This document shows, piece by piece, positions 1-13,300 of a stretch of DNA of 64,000 bases. Both the position numbers and the translations under genes were made by a program. This stretch comes from Cenococcum geophilum (lineage: Eukaryota): contig CP158636.1 of NCBI GenBank assembly GCA_050273025.1, positions 2,790,001-2,854,000 on the forward strand. The letters are read 5' to 3'. The notes under the pieces are model-generated. The model did not search any database, was not told where the DNA came from, and worked only from the letters and a program-made list of their open reading frames with translations. The stretch's first letter is position 1, and each line of letters starts with the position of its first letter.

Positions 1-2700
1 TCGAGAATTTCCAGCTCATCATTTTTCCAGTTTAATCCATCGTCATACTAGGATCTCTAGTTAGCCGGGCCTTCGTATACGGCAACCACAGCCTGAATGC
101 TCACCACTTGGTTGTCTCCTTCTTTAGAAGTAGGACTAATTGCAAGGTTTTCACGAGTTGGCTCCATTCGCTCAACGTATTTTACCTCTCCATCTTCGGA
201 AGTTGGGGATTGGTTTAATGCATGGCTTGAGAGTTGATTCGTTCCGCCACCGGAGGATATAGATAACCTTGCTTGTTTTGCCTGCTGGACCTTATCGAAA
301 ATACTTTTTACTTCTTGGAACTGTTCTGGCTGAAAGGCCACATCATGGTCCCTTTTACGGTAATTTCCAGTAGCCGTCTGGGGAACCGCATTGTTTGGAT
401 ATGGGGAACGAGGGAATATGTGCAAAAGCATTAAGAGTCCCCGGGTAAGGCATCCAGCCGCTTGTTCAACCTTTCTGATGTCCTCATCGTTGATAAAACC
501 TTTGTAGTACATCCACGCTTTAAGGTTAACGTCCAATGTATCCGTTGTCATGCGCACTCCGGTCTTTGCTTCATATTGTGCTTGGCGAAGGATATGGACA
601 ATCGCTCCGCATCTTTCAAATACGTTTCGGTAGATCCCTTCGGTTTTTGTAAGAGTTGTAGCAAATTTGATAATGGTATCAATCCGTTGTGCAGTCGCCC
701 AGTCCCCAATTGCTAGGGTCCATGGGAGCTCAGGGCAATATGCGTACAACCTATGCTGGCCTTCTCCACGAGTCTCCAGATAGATCTCATAGTTGTGGGT
801 CGCAAGCTTAAGACCAAATTTCTGATAAGAATCCACTCCAGCTAGAGTTAGTTCCCTGGCATTCGTTCCGCATAAAAAGACTACTTTCAGGGCGCTTCCT
901 TGGATCAACTTCCGATGAACTTTGGTGAGTAGTTCTTTCCATGGACTGGCTTGAAGCTTATGAAGCACGTCTATATCGACTGTAGAGGGTTGCCGAAGAT
1001 TGAATGTCCATATGAGGGAGTTCCTGGGGGTGAACCCCGTTTCCTTGAATCCCCATGGTAATTTTAGTCCTGCATCTCCATGCGAGGAATCCCCCCTTAG
1101 CTCTCCATAATCTAAAATAAATCCTATTCGTGCTGATGGACTTCCGAGTGGACGGGTAAAAGGAACAACCTCCTTTAGAAGCTTGCCGGATTCGATCTCC
1201 CCGTCTTTAAATAAATAGTCCAGATCGTGTAAAGACTTAATATCTTCGCCACCTTCAGCAAATGAATCGATCTGCACTAAGTCCGCGGTCCCTTTCAAGG
1301 CATCTTGAAGAGCGCCTATGTAGTCAAGGACAGCCCCTGACTGCCGTGCATGGCGCAAGGTATTTTTCCATTGCGGCTTCTGCGCCTGTCTGACCGAGAT
1401 CCATTGGCGAACCTCGAGATCCTGAGATTGGGATATGTCAATAGTAAACTGAATTTTCCTGAAATCATCTACTACAGCCGACTGGAGGAGTGGAGGTGCG
1501 ACATTCAGCCCAACATTTGCGTAACTGCCTGTTTCTGGTGGTCCAAAAAACGTTTCAAGGACTCTTGACGAAAGCGACTGGAAAGCCCGACAGAACACCA
1601 TCTCGAGAATGTTGTGTAATAGGCCATACCAATTCTCCGAGGAAAGTTTGTCATTGTATGGACTTGGTGGTAATCTCCAGAGTTGTATGAAACTAGAGCT
1701 TCGATGGCCGCCCCCACGGGAACAGATATAGTAATGAAGAGTATCCGACTTGCCTTTTAAAATGTTACTTAAATGGCAAGGGATACGGCGCCTAACTTCC
1801 TTTGACTGGCCAACGTAAAAGCGCAAATAACTGTCATTCCTGTTATCTTTAACGTAGTTTGCATACCCAACGGCGTCGGGCCAGTACTCAGTGTCTTTGG
1901 ATTGTGAAAGCCAGATATCATCCATACTGTAATCATTCGTTACTAACTACTCCCTAGGATCAAGTAGAAACCGTGATTATACTTACCGTTTAACCGTAAG
2001 TTGTAATCCACTTAGAGCTAGCAATCGAGCGTCAATACAATTGAAGCATGCTTTCGTAACAGCCCCCTCCCCATGGCTCAAAATCCAGCTTGAATAACCT
2101 AGGTCCTCAATTTCTGAGTAAGTGTTGCGTACTAGGCCGGAAACCAATTGGTGTATTGTTTGTTCCAGGTTTGGGAAAACGATCTCCGGTGTTACATTGA
2201 CATCATTCTAAAAGACGGATTAGATTACGTTTTAACTTGGCCGGCTTGCCCTGTGCCATGTCCCATAGAAAGATATTACTTACAGGCATATCATTTGAAG
2301 TCTCAAGGCTTTGGGGTGGGCAGGTAATAGAGACATTTAAGCTACGCCACTTGCGGAACGAACGACTTTCTCCTAGCGGCTCATTGCTCTGCGAAGTAAT
2401 TGGTGGTGGATCTGATTGTGGATGTTGGTTTGTCCCGGAGGGGCGTCGGCGTGTCTTGTTCTGCGAAGTAACCGACGGTGGATCTGATTGTGAATGTTGG
2501 TTTGTACTGAAGCGACATCGATGTGTCGGATGTCCCTTTTTATTGCAGTTTCGACATGGAGGAGCTTTTGGACATTCAAACTTTGTGTGGCCTTTCTTCT
2601 TGCAGTAGCCACACAGCCTACATTCTGGACAGGTCTCCATCGTGAAGCCTATGGTGCCGCATGAGTGACATGCTGGGAGTCTTTCTGGATTAAAGGACAT
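1..2700 (-). CDS. Spliced gene (3' end outside window): 3 zinc knuckles + GIY-YIG-like nuclease domain + putative UDG-like fold; exons 2700-2284, 2207-1987, 1926-105, 47-<1
   Basis: Introns 2283-2208 (GTAAGT..CTAAT..TAG), 1986-1927 (GTAAGT..CAG) and 104-48 (GTGAGC..GCTAAC..TAG) join ORFs 2203..2700 and 57..1925 in frame. Motifs: CGYCKKKGHTKFEC, CRNCNKKGHPTHRC, degenerate CHSCGTIGFTMETC; VGY..YVGQS..RRI..H..LE..GLN. Domain names are motif-based inference. Confidence 0.8.
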
Positions 2701-4781
2701 CGTTTTGATCTAACCCAATATAGAGTAAGGGTTTTGCAGCATCAAGCAAAGAGATTTACAGTCGATCTTGTAGGGGTATGTGGTCACTGGTTAGGGGTGA
2801 GAGGTTGAGAGGTTGAGAGGTTGAGGTTGAAGAAAGGATGGAAGAAAAATTCTCACACTCAGAACCTGTTTACTTTAATGGTGAATTTTGATGGTGAGTG
2901 AATTTTCGGCTGTGACATTTTTTTGATTTGGTGAATGCAGCGAGTCATGCCAGCACAGAAACTGCTATGCAGTTTTGCAATCAAGAGAGATTAGGTAGAC
3001 AGAATTTGAACTTAACCTTTAGGTGAATGAATTCAATTAATAATAGTATACCACGGTAATAGAGAATGAGAATGTAATTGGATGCATAATCACACAACTC
3101 TTCCAAAAAGACCAATTGTTCAATGAGTGGATGTTGAATGGAACATATATGTAAACCAAAAATCCCCATGAAATCAAGTCCTGGTCCAACCCTTTAAATT
3201 AGTCGTTTGCGGATCTCGAATGCTCGCTTCATCTGTCGTGTTTTTGATGAATAAGTCCAAATGTGCTTGACTACCAAATTGAGGGCTCTCCATGTTTGCT
3301 GCTGATACCCAAAGGGCCACGCATTATGGGTACCTACCTCTTGTGTGGTAGGCTAACTCAAGCGTAATTTATGTTTTTCCTACACCCCCAAGGCCGATAA
3401 GTGCGACCTTTTGATGTTGGTTTCGCGCGAAGGGCGTTTTTTCTAGTCCATTAAGCTGGGGATTGCGGCCCACGAATCGAAGATTCCGGAACGGCCCAGC
3501 AAGCCTGAGCGGCTAGGTGACATTGAGTAACAGGAAGTCTGGAAGGCAATCTAGCTTACTGGTTAAAAGCCTCGTAATGCGACGGGCATCATACTCCTAC
3601 GTAAGTAAGCTCCGTAGCAACGCTAGATTAAGTTGCGTTGCGCTTACTTGCATTGCGGCGGCGAACGCAGTATCTGTTCTATCTACACTATATTAGCTCG
3701 ACAACAGCGCTGCAAATCTCTAAGCAAAATTTTGGATGTACATACTCTGCTTCTGCTTCGGACTTAACACGCTCTTGCAGTAGGAATTCTGGTCCTGTTG
3801 TCTGAGACACCTATGCGTTGCTGCCTTAATAGTACCATCCTCTTGATATTTAGCTAGGCTAACTCCCTGCAGCCCTTGCTAAAAATTAAAATGGAAGTAA
3901 TAGCCTCATCAAAATGTCTTTGCCAACGGGTAATAAACCTATCTACCTTTTTTCCGTCTCGGTCGCAATATCCACTAGCGCCTTTAAAAGAAACCTAATT
4001 ACCCTATCCTCAATTACCTATATCCCCGAGTGCCCGGTCCTAGGTAGTTTAGAGACCAAATTTCAGTAGAGTAAAGAGCTACTAATATACTAAAGCATTA
4101 TCCTTAGGCAAAAAGCCTAGAGTTAGTATAAGAGCGCCCGTAAGAATCGCACTATAAGTGCGACATAAGGAGAGGCCTGCCACGGAGTTGGTAGAAGCGA
4201 TTATAATAAACCTAATTAAGTAGCTCTTAGCTATGCTATCAACGGCAGCAGGTAAAGAATCAAGACGTTGGGCAAAGAAGAGGGAAAAGGAAAAAGAGAA
4301 AAAGGGAGAGTCGCGTAGCTTATCGGAATATAACAACATCTATAATACGTGCAATATGGATGGAACAGATGGAGAGTTGGAAAACGGTTGCGTGAAAGAT
4401 CTAGCTGGCAGGCGAAAGTGTGACTCGGACCTGATCACCCACTGGATGACGCCTTTGGCCCCTGCTAGCGGCTCCCCCCATAAACGTGCATGCAGCAAAT
4501 CAGAAATCTCCTCAGCATCGTCTGGCGCAGCTTGGCGCCGATCCCCTCGAGCTTTGCAGCTGCCCTGCCCGTCTACTTCCAACCTCTCTTCCATCCTCCA
4601 ACTCTTACACCTGTCGCGCTTGCCTCCAACAACAACCCGCGCATCTCCATCTCCATCTCCACCGTCGTCGCGACGCTTACGCGCATCAATTGATTGCTGT
4701 ATCGTCATTGCGCTTTGTAGCTCCTCATTCAGTCTTCACGTCATTGCTTCGGAAGCTATTTATATCGGGTATTTGACTACG

Positions 4782-5603
4782 ATGGCTGACGACGGCATCA
4801 AAGAGGGTGACCAAGGTACACGCATCCAATCCCCATAACATCCTATCTTTGTGCGCGAAATACTCCCCGTCCTCTCCCTCAGGCGCGACCCGTCATGTCG
4901 CCTCAGCTCGCCGCATAAGCGCGTCGGCAAACGCCGCCACAGCCCTTTCTTGCTATGTGTACGTGCTAACAAGCTCCGCTATGTTTTAGTTTCCTGGCAA
5001 TGGTCTGGCTCGCGACCAAGCAGCGAGGTTGCCGAAGTCAAAGAGCATGGCGAGCTCTCTATCCAATCAAACAAGGGCAACACCATCAAGAAGAACGCGG
5101 ACCCGGAAGACCCGGCTGTGCATATTGCGCGAGAGGGCAACGATGCCGTGAAGCGCGCGCGTGAAATCGAAGTAGAGGAACACGCTAATGGGGGTGAAGT
5201 CAGGGTTCCGGAGTCGGAGAAGAAAGAAGAGGAGGAAAAGGAAGAGGAAAAGAAATATGAAGAGGAGGAAAAACAAAACGGTGTTGTTGAGGCCACCGAA
5301 TCGAAGACTGAAGAAACTAAGAACGGAGAAGTAGCCTCCGAGGAAGCCAAGACTGGAGAGAAACGCAAGGCCGAAGAGCCTGCAAGCGAGGGAAGCGGTG
5401 ATGGGGAGGGTGAAAGGGATGAAGCCTCAGAGAAGAAGCAAAAGACCGAGAAGGCCAATGGGGCTAAGAAAAGCCGGGGAAGACCGAAGAAAGGTGAAGC
5501 TGCTGAAAAGAAAGAGAAGAAAGCACCGGCGAAAAAGAGAGAGCCCAAAAAGGCCGCAACGGAAAACGGTGAACCAAGACGGAGCGCGAGAAACAGATCT
5601 TAG
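4782..5603 (+). CDS. Hva1/DUF2945-like Tudor-domain protein with acidic/basic tail and AT-hook; exons 4782-4815, 4990-5603
   Basis: Intron 4816-4989 (GTACAC..GCTAAC..TAG) gives MADDGIKEGDQVSWQWSGSRPSSEVAEVKEHGELSIQSNKGNTIKKNADPEDPAVHIAREGNDAVKRA, the typical fungal DUF2945 pattern. The tail contains KKSRGRPKK. Confidence 0.85.
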
Positions 5604-6289
5604 TTGTTGATTGCACTAAATGCAAATGCTACTGCGTAATCGACGCCGTTAGAGGGGTTTGCTGAGGTATGTGCGTCCGGATATGGCTGGCTAGGATAGG
5701 ATTCGGGACCGGGGATATTGGCAACAAGCGCAGGAGGTGGCATCTGTTTTCTGGGGGGCGCTCAGGTGGCATTTTATCGCGATGATTATTATAACAAAAA
5801 ATGTTCCCTACAGCTTTTCTTGTACTATAGCTGCGATTTCCGCTTTTGCTTGTGCTGTTATTGACACCAGCGGAGGGTGTTGGCAATGGAGATAGTGAAA
5901 AGTGCACGTTCTGCTATATTCTATGGCTTGTCTGTGAATACATGTGTCCTGATGTAAAAGAGCCTGCAAGCATCGGTAGTTAGCGCCATAATGCTTCAGG
6001 TGAAATGATATCATCGAAGTAATGCTGTGCTATATCTCAGGAAAAGTCTCTCCGATCCGTCTTGAAACTAGAATTTAAAGAGAAATCATCATATTGATTT
6101 GAAAAGGTGTGGGTAGAAAGCAGCAAATTTCTTCGGGTTTCACTCATACATGACTTAAATGTGCTAACATCCTAAACTGCAGCATGTCGCTCTTCTCCGT
6201 ATAACCTGATTTCCCAACTCCAACGTCTTATATTGTTGATTTGGTAGGTTATAAAGCTAAAGCGTTATGCATTGCTTGTTTTCTATATA

Positions 6290-6402
6290 TACCTAGGTTT
6301 CCCCCTTACTAGGGATTTTTCCTATAAATAGAAGGTAGAAGCCTATATGGACCTAAAAGGGGACCAAATCGGGTAATAAATAGAATTAATAATAAATAAT
6401 AG
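6290..6402 (+). mobile_element. Short 3'-end fragment of the Tad1-like LINE family found at 20810-27652
   Basis: Near-identical to the LINE 3'UTR at 24900-25015 (gggatttttcctataaatagaaggtagaagcctata...aataaatagaa + AAT-rich tail). Confidence 0.75.
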
Positions 6403-6419
6403 TATTAAAGTTTTTTTTA

Positions 6420-6774
6420 GTAAAGACTTAAACTTGCTAGGGAAGCTATCGCGACCTTCTTTCTATTAATTCTTTATTGCCTTTTTCTTAATAAAGGCTT
6501 CGGCTAAGGAGTGGTAGTATCTTCTCTCCTTTACTTGTTGGACGAGTTAATAGGCTCTTCTGTAAATATAGTAGTAGTCTTTAGATTAATATTACCTTTA
6601 TAGATTTTCACCTCTTCAAGTCGCTCGATCTTCTATTTATCGAATAGCTAAACGCGATAGTTTACCTTGCCGCTATAACTAATTAAAACACATTTTTTTG
6701 CTCGTAGAGTAAACCTAGCTAATTTTACGCGATCTTCTTTAGCTATAAGGGAGTAGATAATAGACCCTAGAGCC
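6420..6774 (-). mobile_element. RIP-degraded Ty1/Copia fragment (post-integrase SH3-like region)
   Basis: Minus strand reads GSIIYSLIAKEDRVKLARFTLRAKKCVLISYSGKVNYRV, matching the Copia G..AY...K...RA.K..L.GY....YR pattern. Confidence 0.7.
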
Positions 6775-7051
6775 TGTTAGCGACTTAGTCAATCGAGGCA
6801 CGAGCACGGCGAGAGGGACGCGCAAACCTGTACGATTGGATTGTCTATAAACGAGGATCTAAAGCTAAAGAAAAGGAAAGGAAAAGACGAGCAGCAACGC
6901 GGGAATTTTTATACAATCTCCTAGTCACGTAAGAGTCACGTAAGCTCTGCGTCTACCATAGCGTCTACTATAACTGCCGCTTTCTGCCAGTGCCGTAATA
7001 TTACCCCCCCCTCCGCAAAAGCCTACTCTCAGGCTTTATATATCCGTATTA

Positions 7052-7220
7052 TCTCTTGCACTAATAACTGCGTCTAATAAATTGTGGCCCATGCGCACCA
7101 ATTAAAAGGCCTGCTTAAAGGGAAATGTTAGGGAGGTATTAAACGTGCGCGGGCCTGATGTAGAGTAGCTAGAATTTCTCGCACGGGCCACTTATTATTA
7201 GCAGTCATTAGTACAAGGGA
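7052..7220. mobile_element. 169-bp MITE with TA TSD (Tc1/mariner-type) inside the 3' region of A
   Basis: Imperfect ~45-bp TIR tctcttgcactaataactgc.. / ..gcagtcattagtacaaggga, flanked by TA at 7050-7051 and 7221-7222. Confidence 0.75.
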
Positions 7221-10200
7221 TACATATAGACGTTTTTATCTTTATACTCTTCTAGTAGCTTATTATTTTTTTATACTAGCATTCTATCTATTCCTCTAGG
7301 TACTTTAGGGGTTTAGGTTTATTAGGGTAACGGCTATAGAACTTTTAAAGCTTATAGGAACTACTTATAAAATTCTATATAGGGTACTAGGTAGGGTCTA
7401 GATTATATCCTTTCTAACTAACGCGGTACTTTAGCGTTCCCCTTATAAGTTTATAAGCTAGTATTTCTTTAATTTCCTACTTATCTTTACTGTTAACTTA
7501 AATTAGTAGTAGGGGTAGGTTAACTTATCCTGGTAAAGGGTCTATAGCGGCCTTCTATGACTTAATTAGTAAAAAAATATAATAGACTTTTATTAAATCT
7601 GGGAGCTTAACCTTATATAAGTTTCTTACTTTACTAAGGATTTTATATAGTCTTTTTATTTAGTAGTTAAGCTTACAGCTAGGCCGTTCTATCTTTTAGT
7701 TCTTTATTATAACCCAAACTATATTACCTATAGTAAAATTAGGCTCTTACCTATACTTATTTATCTACTATTTTATTAATTTTTAAGCCTTTATTAGATT
7801 TATATAGGCTACTATTTAAGCTTCTTTTAAGCGCTTAGTATACTACTAGGCTTCCTTATAAGGCAGTTTCTTACATATAGTCTAGGGCCCTTTTAGTCTT
7901 TCCCAATTAAAGCTTATATAGGGTAAATAGCCTATTTCTAGTTAAATAGGGGCAAATCCTATAAAGTTATAAGGTAGAGTTGCTTAGGTATAGTTTATTA
8001 GGGGTAGTAATTTAGTCTAGTTATCCTAGAAGTAGTTAACAAAGGGCTAGAGTCTCTAGTTTAAATATTAATTTATAACCTCTATCTAGCCGTTTATTTA
8101 AGGGTAGTATTATAGAGAGTTTTAGCTTAATACCTAAGATTTAGGTAAACTTATTCTAAAAAGCTAATATAAACTGCAGTCTGTAATTGGATATAATAGT
8201 ATTTAGTAGTCTATAGATTCGGTAGATATAATAAATATATAGTTAGGCAGCCTCTTTAGTGTTAATATTCTTATAATAGGGGATTAAGAATAGGCGCTTG
8301 CTAAAGTAGTTAACTAGAATTATAACTATATTATAACTATTACAGTTTATAGATAACCTATAAAAGTTTATAAAGATATACTACTAGGGGCGTTCCGGTA
8401 TTAGGAGACGTTTTAATAGTCCTAGGGTCTTATCTTATGGAATTATAAACCTATAGTAGTTATTACAGTTCTGTATATAACGGTTAATATCTATAACTAT
8501 CCTGGGCCAGTAGTATTATTTACTAATAATCCTATAGGTCTTATTTTTATAGGGTAGGCCGTAAAGACTTAGGTATATGCTTTGGCAATAAGCTAGGTCT
8601 ATTAGTTCTATTCCTTTACTACTACTAGCCATTTACAGTACTTAAGTAGTGTATTTTTAAGGGACTATAGGCTAGTAATATCCTTTATCTTTTTACGGTA
8701 CTCCTGTAAAGAAGGGGCCGTATAGTTTACTTATAGTAGTTTATTAATAAGATTAAGTTCTATAGAGTTAATAGAATATATTTTAGCGTCTAGAGAGTCT
8801 ATATTTAGTTCTACCTATATTTAAAGGTTAATGTGCTCTGGGTATAGTAGCGTTTAGGTTTATAATAAAATCTTTATAACTATCTAGTTCTTTATATTCT
8901 ATTTACGCCTAATAGGAGTGTCTACACAGTTAGTGGCACTTAGCCTATATATAATTAGAAAATTAAACTAAGATAGTATATCTGCCTAGTATACCTAACG
9001 AGAAATAAGGGCTTTTATTATTATAAAATATGCTAAGGCTTTATAATTAGAAACCAACTAAATAGGCTTAGAGGTCCCCTTTAGCTATATACGCTAGTAC
9101 TTAAAGCTAGAAATAATAGCTAGCATCTCTTTGTCGTGAATATAGTAGTTTGGCTTAGTATTTACTATAGTCTTCAAATAGTATATAATAGGATACTATT
9201 CTTTATCTGGTTACTTTTAAAAATAAACGCCTACTATTATGCTGTCTAAGGCATTAGTTTTTAGTATTAAGAGCCGTTCTAGGTAAAATTAAGCAAGTAG
9301 TAAGGCTATGACTAGCTATGTTTTAAACTTATTAAAGGCCTACATATATACAGCGTTAAGGTAAAAGGGCTGGCCTTTTTAGGTAAGGTGGTTAAGAAGC
9401 CTAGTAATCTTACTATAGTCCTTAATAAAGTATTAGTAGAAGTTATGGAAATCTAGGAATAATTACGCCCCCTTTATAGTCCGTAGGGATATCTACTAAG
9501 TAATTATAGCCGTTTTTTTAGGCCGGTTTTAATTCTATTTATACTAATAATAAACCCTAAGTACTTTATACGCTTAACACTAAACTTTAACATCTTAATA
9601 TTAGTCTAAAGGCTAGCTTTACGGAGTTATTATAGAACTTTATAAATATACTCCTCGTATTCTAGCTTATTCTTAAAGTAGATTATAATATTATTTAAGT
9701 AGGTTGTATAGAAATTATTAAGGTAGTTAAAGAGTATATAATTTATATACCGCTAGTATATAGCTAGTCCGTTAGTTAGTCTAAAAGGAAGTACTTTATA
9801 TTTATATATTTTGTAATAAGTCTAAAATATAGTAAGATCCTTAGACCTAGGGTTTGTTTTAATTTAGTAGAAGGCCTAATGGATATTAAGCTTTATAAAA
9901 ACCTTAGCTCTACTTAGGCTAAAGTCTTATTAAGTAGGGGTAATAGATAGCGGTCCTTGTGGGTTATATTATTTAGTTTATAATAGTTAATATAGAAATA
10001 AAGTCCTCTATTTAGCCTTTTAGTAAAGAAAATAGGTAAGTTAAAAGGGCTTAGCTAGGCTTAATAAAGCCCATATCTAGGTTGTTAATAAGGTACTACT
10101 TTATAGCCTATATTTAGTAGTAGACTACTAGTAAAGAGGGCTAAAGCTAATAGTGTTTTTCTTACCTAGCTTAACCTTAATCTTATAGTTATATAGTTAG

Positions 10201-10307
10201 TAAGGCGGGAATATATTAGACACTACCTTAGAGAATATATCTTTAAATTTCTAGTATTAATGGGGTAGTTTTTGTTCTACTAGCTCCTTATCTATAAGCT
10301 CGCTTAC

Positions 10308-13300
10308 TATCATAGTGCTATAATAAAGTAGACTAAATAACTACGTTATAGTATAAAGAGGGGAAGAAGGTAGAAAGGGGGTATTGTATACAAATAGTAG
10401 GGCCGGCCGCTAAGTCGCTAGTAGTGGGCCAGCCAATAGTAGGGAACAGTACGAGATAGTATGAAATAGTATACGTCAGGTTAGTGCCGTAACAGTACTC
10501 CTCTCCCCTAGACGGTTTGGTCCCTAAACTAAATAAATAACTTAAAAATAGGCAGTATACGGGGTTGCCTATTTTCTACCGCAAAGATATTAGTTCTGCT
10601 TACCGCCCTTAACCGAGCCAATAGCGATTTTCTATGCCGGGCATGGAAAATCCTAATTGGTTAGTTTAGTGAGTAAGGTTAGCAGAACTCTATACCGCCA
10701 CCTAAATTAGTCCGTATAGCGTTTCTTAGCGAGAATTTGGCTAATTAGATAACTTCGACCGCTGGTTAAAGTTCTATAACATCTTAACCACTATAAATTT
10801 TAATACGGTGGTCGGCCGCAACCTTAACGTAACTTTTCCTTATCTCGTGCCCAGTTTGGGGGTCTTGGCTTCTTAGGGTGTTGCTTATAGAAGCGCTATA
10901 CAGCTTATTTATAACCCTTTAGGTCTTCCTCTAGCTACCAGGTTATATCCTTATAATATTTCTATTTAATCTTATAAGTTAGGCCCTAGGGGTCTTCGTT
11001 ATATACATTAAGGATTTTCTTAAACTCCCATTTGTCTTCTATATTGCCGTTATTATCTCTCTCTGTCACTCGTCCTTATATATTACGGCGCTCTATAGTA
11101 TTAATATTTACTTGGCTAGGGATCTCTTTAATAGCCTAGAGGCGGACCTTAGATATATAAAAGGATTTATTTACTTAGATATAGTCCGGGAGGTCTACTA
11201 CAACTACCCCTTAGTATACTGCGAGTACGGGATATAAGCTGTCCCATTTATTGTCCCATTTCTTCTTAAGTTTATTTATCTTTATATTTTCTAAGCTAAC
11301 TATAACCATATCACCTTTATAAAATAACGCGCTCTTATCCCTACGGGTATTAGTATTATCTTTATAGCGTTACTATAAAATCCGGGCTAGGGCCTTAAGC
11401 TATATTAATATCCGCTTAAAGCGGTTAGCCATAGAGTCTGCGCAGAAGAACTCCTTCTTTACTTATGCTAATAGTATTAGTAGGTAGGGGCCAGCAGGCT
11501 TAATTCTAAGGCGAGGGTTAAAGCCATAGTTTGCAAAAAACGGGGAGATACCTATGCTCTCGTTAACTTAGTTATTTGTAGCAAACTTAGTAAGTAGCAG
11601 GTAGTTAACCTAGTTATCCTATATAAAGCTAATAAAAGCATAAAGGTATTTATTTACGGCGGCGTTAATAATTTTAGTTTAGCTATCTGTTTCTAGGTAC
11701 TAGGCTAAGCTTAGTTATAAGGTTGTCTTAAGGCGTTTACTTAGTCGTCGCTAGAAGTTGCTGATAAATTATATACCGTAATTAGAGATAATTATACTTA
11801 GTGCACCGTAGAGCTTATATACGTTGTTAATAAAGCTATTAACTAACTCCTTTATTAAGAGTCCTGTTACTAGAACGAGGTATTATATTTTAGTTAGGCG
11901 GTCTATAATAATAAGGATATATTTATATGCCTTGCCGTAGCGTTAGTATACTAGCAGCGTTATAATATAGTTAATTGAGATATTAGTTTACGGGCGGGCG
12001 GGTAATTCTAGTGGCTTTAGGAAACCGGGCGGGGCAGAATAGGGGGTCTTAATGCGAAAGTATAGGGTATAGTTTTTAACGAAGGTAGCTATAAACTGGG
12101 AGATTCCTAGCTACCAGTATGTTTGGTTTAAAAGGTTAAAAGTTTTAACCCGGCCGGGGTAACTAGCGGGGCCGCTGCTATAAGAGCGATAGGTAACTTT
12201 TAGGCGGAGGTCTAGGGCGTTAGGGACGAAGAGACGTTAGTGGAAGTAGATCTATCCGTTAACGATACTGTATTCTAACTTATCGCAATAAAGTAATTTC
12301 CTAATTTTCTTTAGCTAATGGTAAGCTTTCTAATTACGTAGGGCTGCCACTATATCTCTTACGAGTTTATTCTCCTAGTATTTTAGCCAAATTAACTTAT
12401 CTAGTAACTTTTCGGCTATTTTAGGGTCTAGAGCGGCTACAAACTCTATATTGTTAGAGTTACGGGACTTATATAGTAATTCTTCTAAGATTATAGGGTT
12501 AACTTTCTGGGGCGGTATAACGACTTAGGCTCGGTAGCGGAGGCGTTTATTATTAGCGTCCTTAGGCCTTATTCCTAGTAGCTAGCTTAGAGCGTTAGGG
12601 AGCATAGCTTTATTACTAGGTCTGTATATAATTATAAAGTTAAACTATAAAAGAAACTCTACCTACTGGACTTAGCGCTAGTTTAGCTGCTTAGTAGTTA
12701 TAAACGTCTATAGGTTTTTATAGTTGGTAATAATTTTAAACGGCTCCTTAGTCCCTTATAGCTTAGGACACTATTCCTCTAAAGCCTTAATAATAGCTAG
12801 GAGTTCTTTATTATAGATCTTATAGTTACATTCTAGCGCGGAGTGCTTTATAGAGAAGAATGCGACCGGTTTTAATTTTCCGTTATTATTATACTGGGAA
12901 AGGACTCCGCCGGAAGCCTAATTTAATACGTCTATCTCTACCACTGTTTTCTTCGTATAGTTATAGTATGCTAGTACTAGTGCTGAAGTAAAGGCTCCCT
13001 TAAGGGCCTTAAACGATTTGGCTTGTTTTAGTCCCTATAGCTATCTAATATCCTTCTTTAGAAGTTTTATCATAGGTATAGCGATAGTAGAGTAGCCTTA
13101 GATAAATTATTAGTAGAAATTCGCGAAGCCGAGAAATTGTTATAGTTCTTTAATTAATGTTGGGTCCTTTTATTCCTATAAGGCCTGTATCTTCTTAGGG
13201 TTTATAGTTATACTATTAGTCGAGATAATTAAGCTAAGGTATTTTATTTTAGTAGAGTAGAACTTAGACTTATTAATATTAATCTAAAGTCCAGTATTGC

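Noticed and set aside
462..1717. Short alternative-frame ORFs inside the large minus-strand gene, and ORFs antisense to the Tudor gene (4979..5548)
   Set aside because: Shadow ORFs without independent support.
2203..2700. Zinc-knuckle ORF as a stand-alone gene or retroelement gag
   Set aside because: Canonical introns splice it in frame to the 622-aa ORF; no LTR, no pol and no RIP damage.
4233..4989. ORF 4233..4838 and the N-terminus of ORF 4851..5603 as real coding sequence
   Set aside because: They cover the promoter/5'UTR and intron of the Tudor gene; the spliced model from ATG 4782 fits the domain better.
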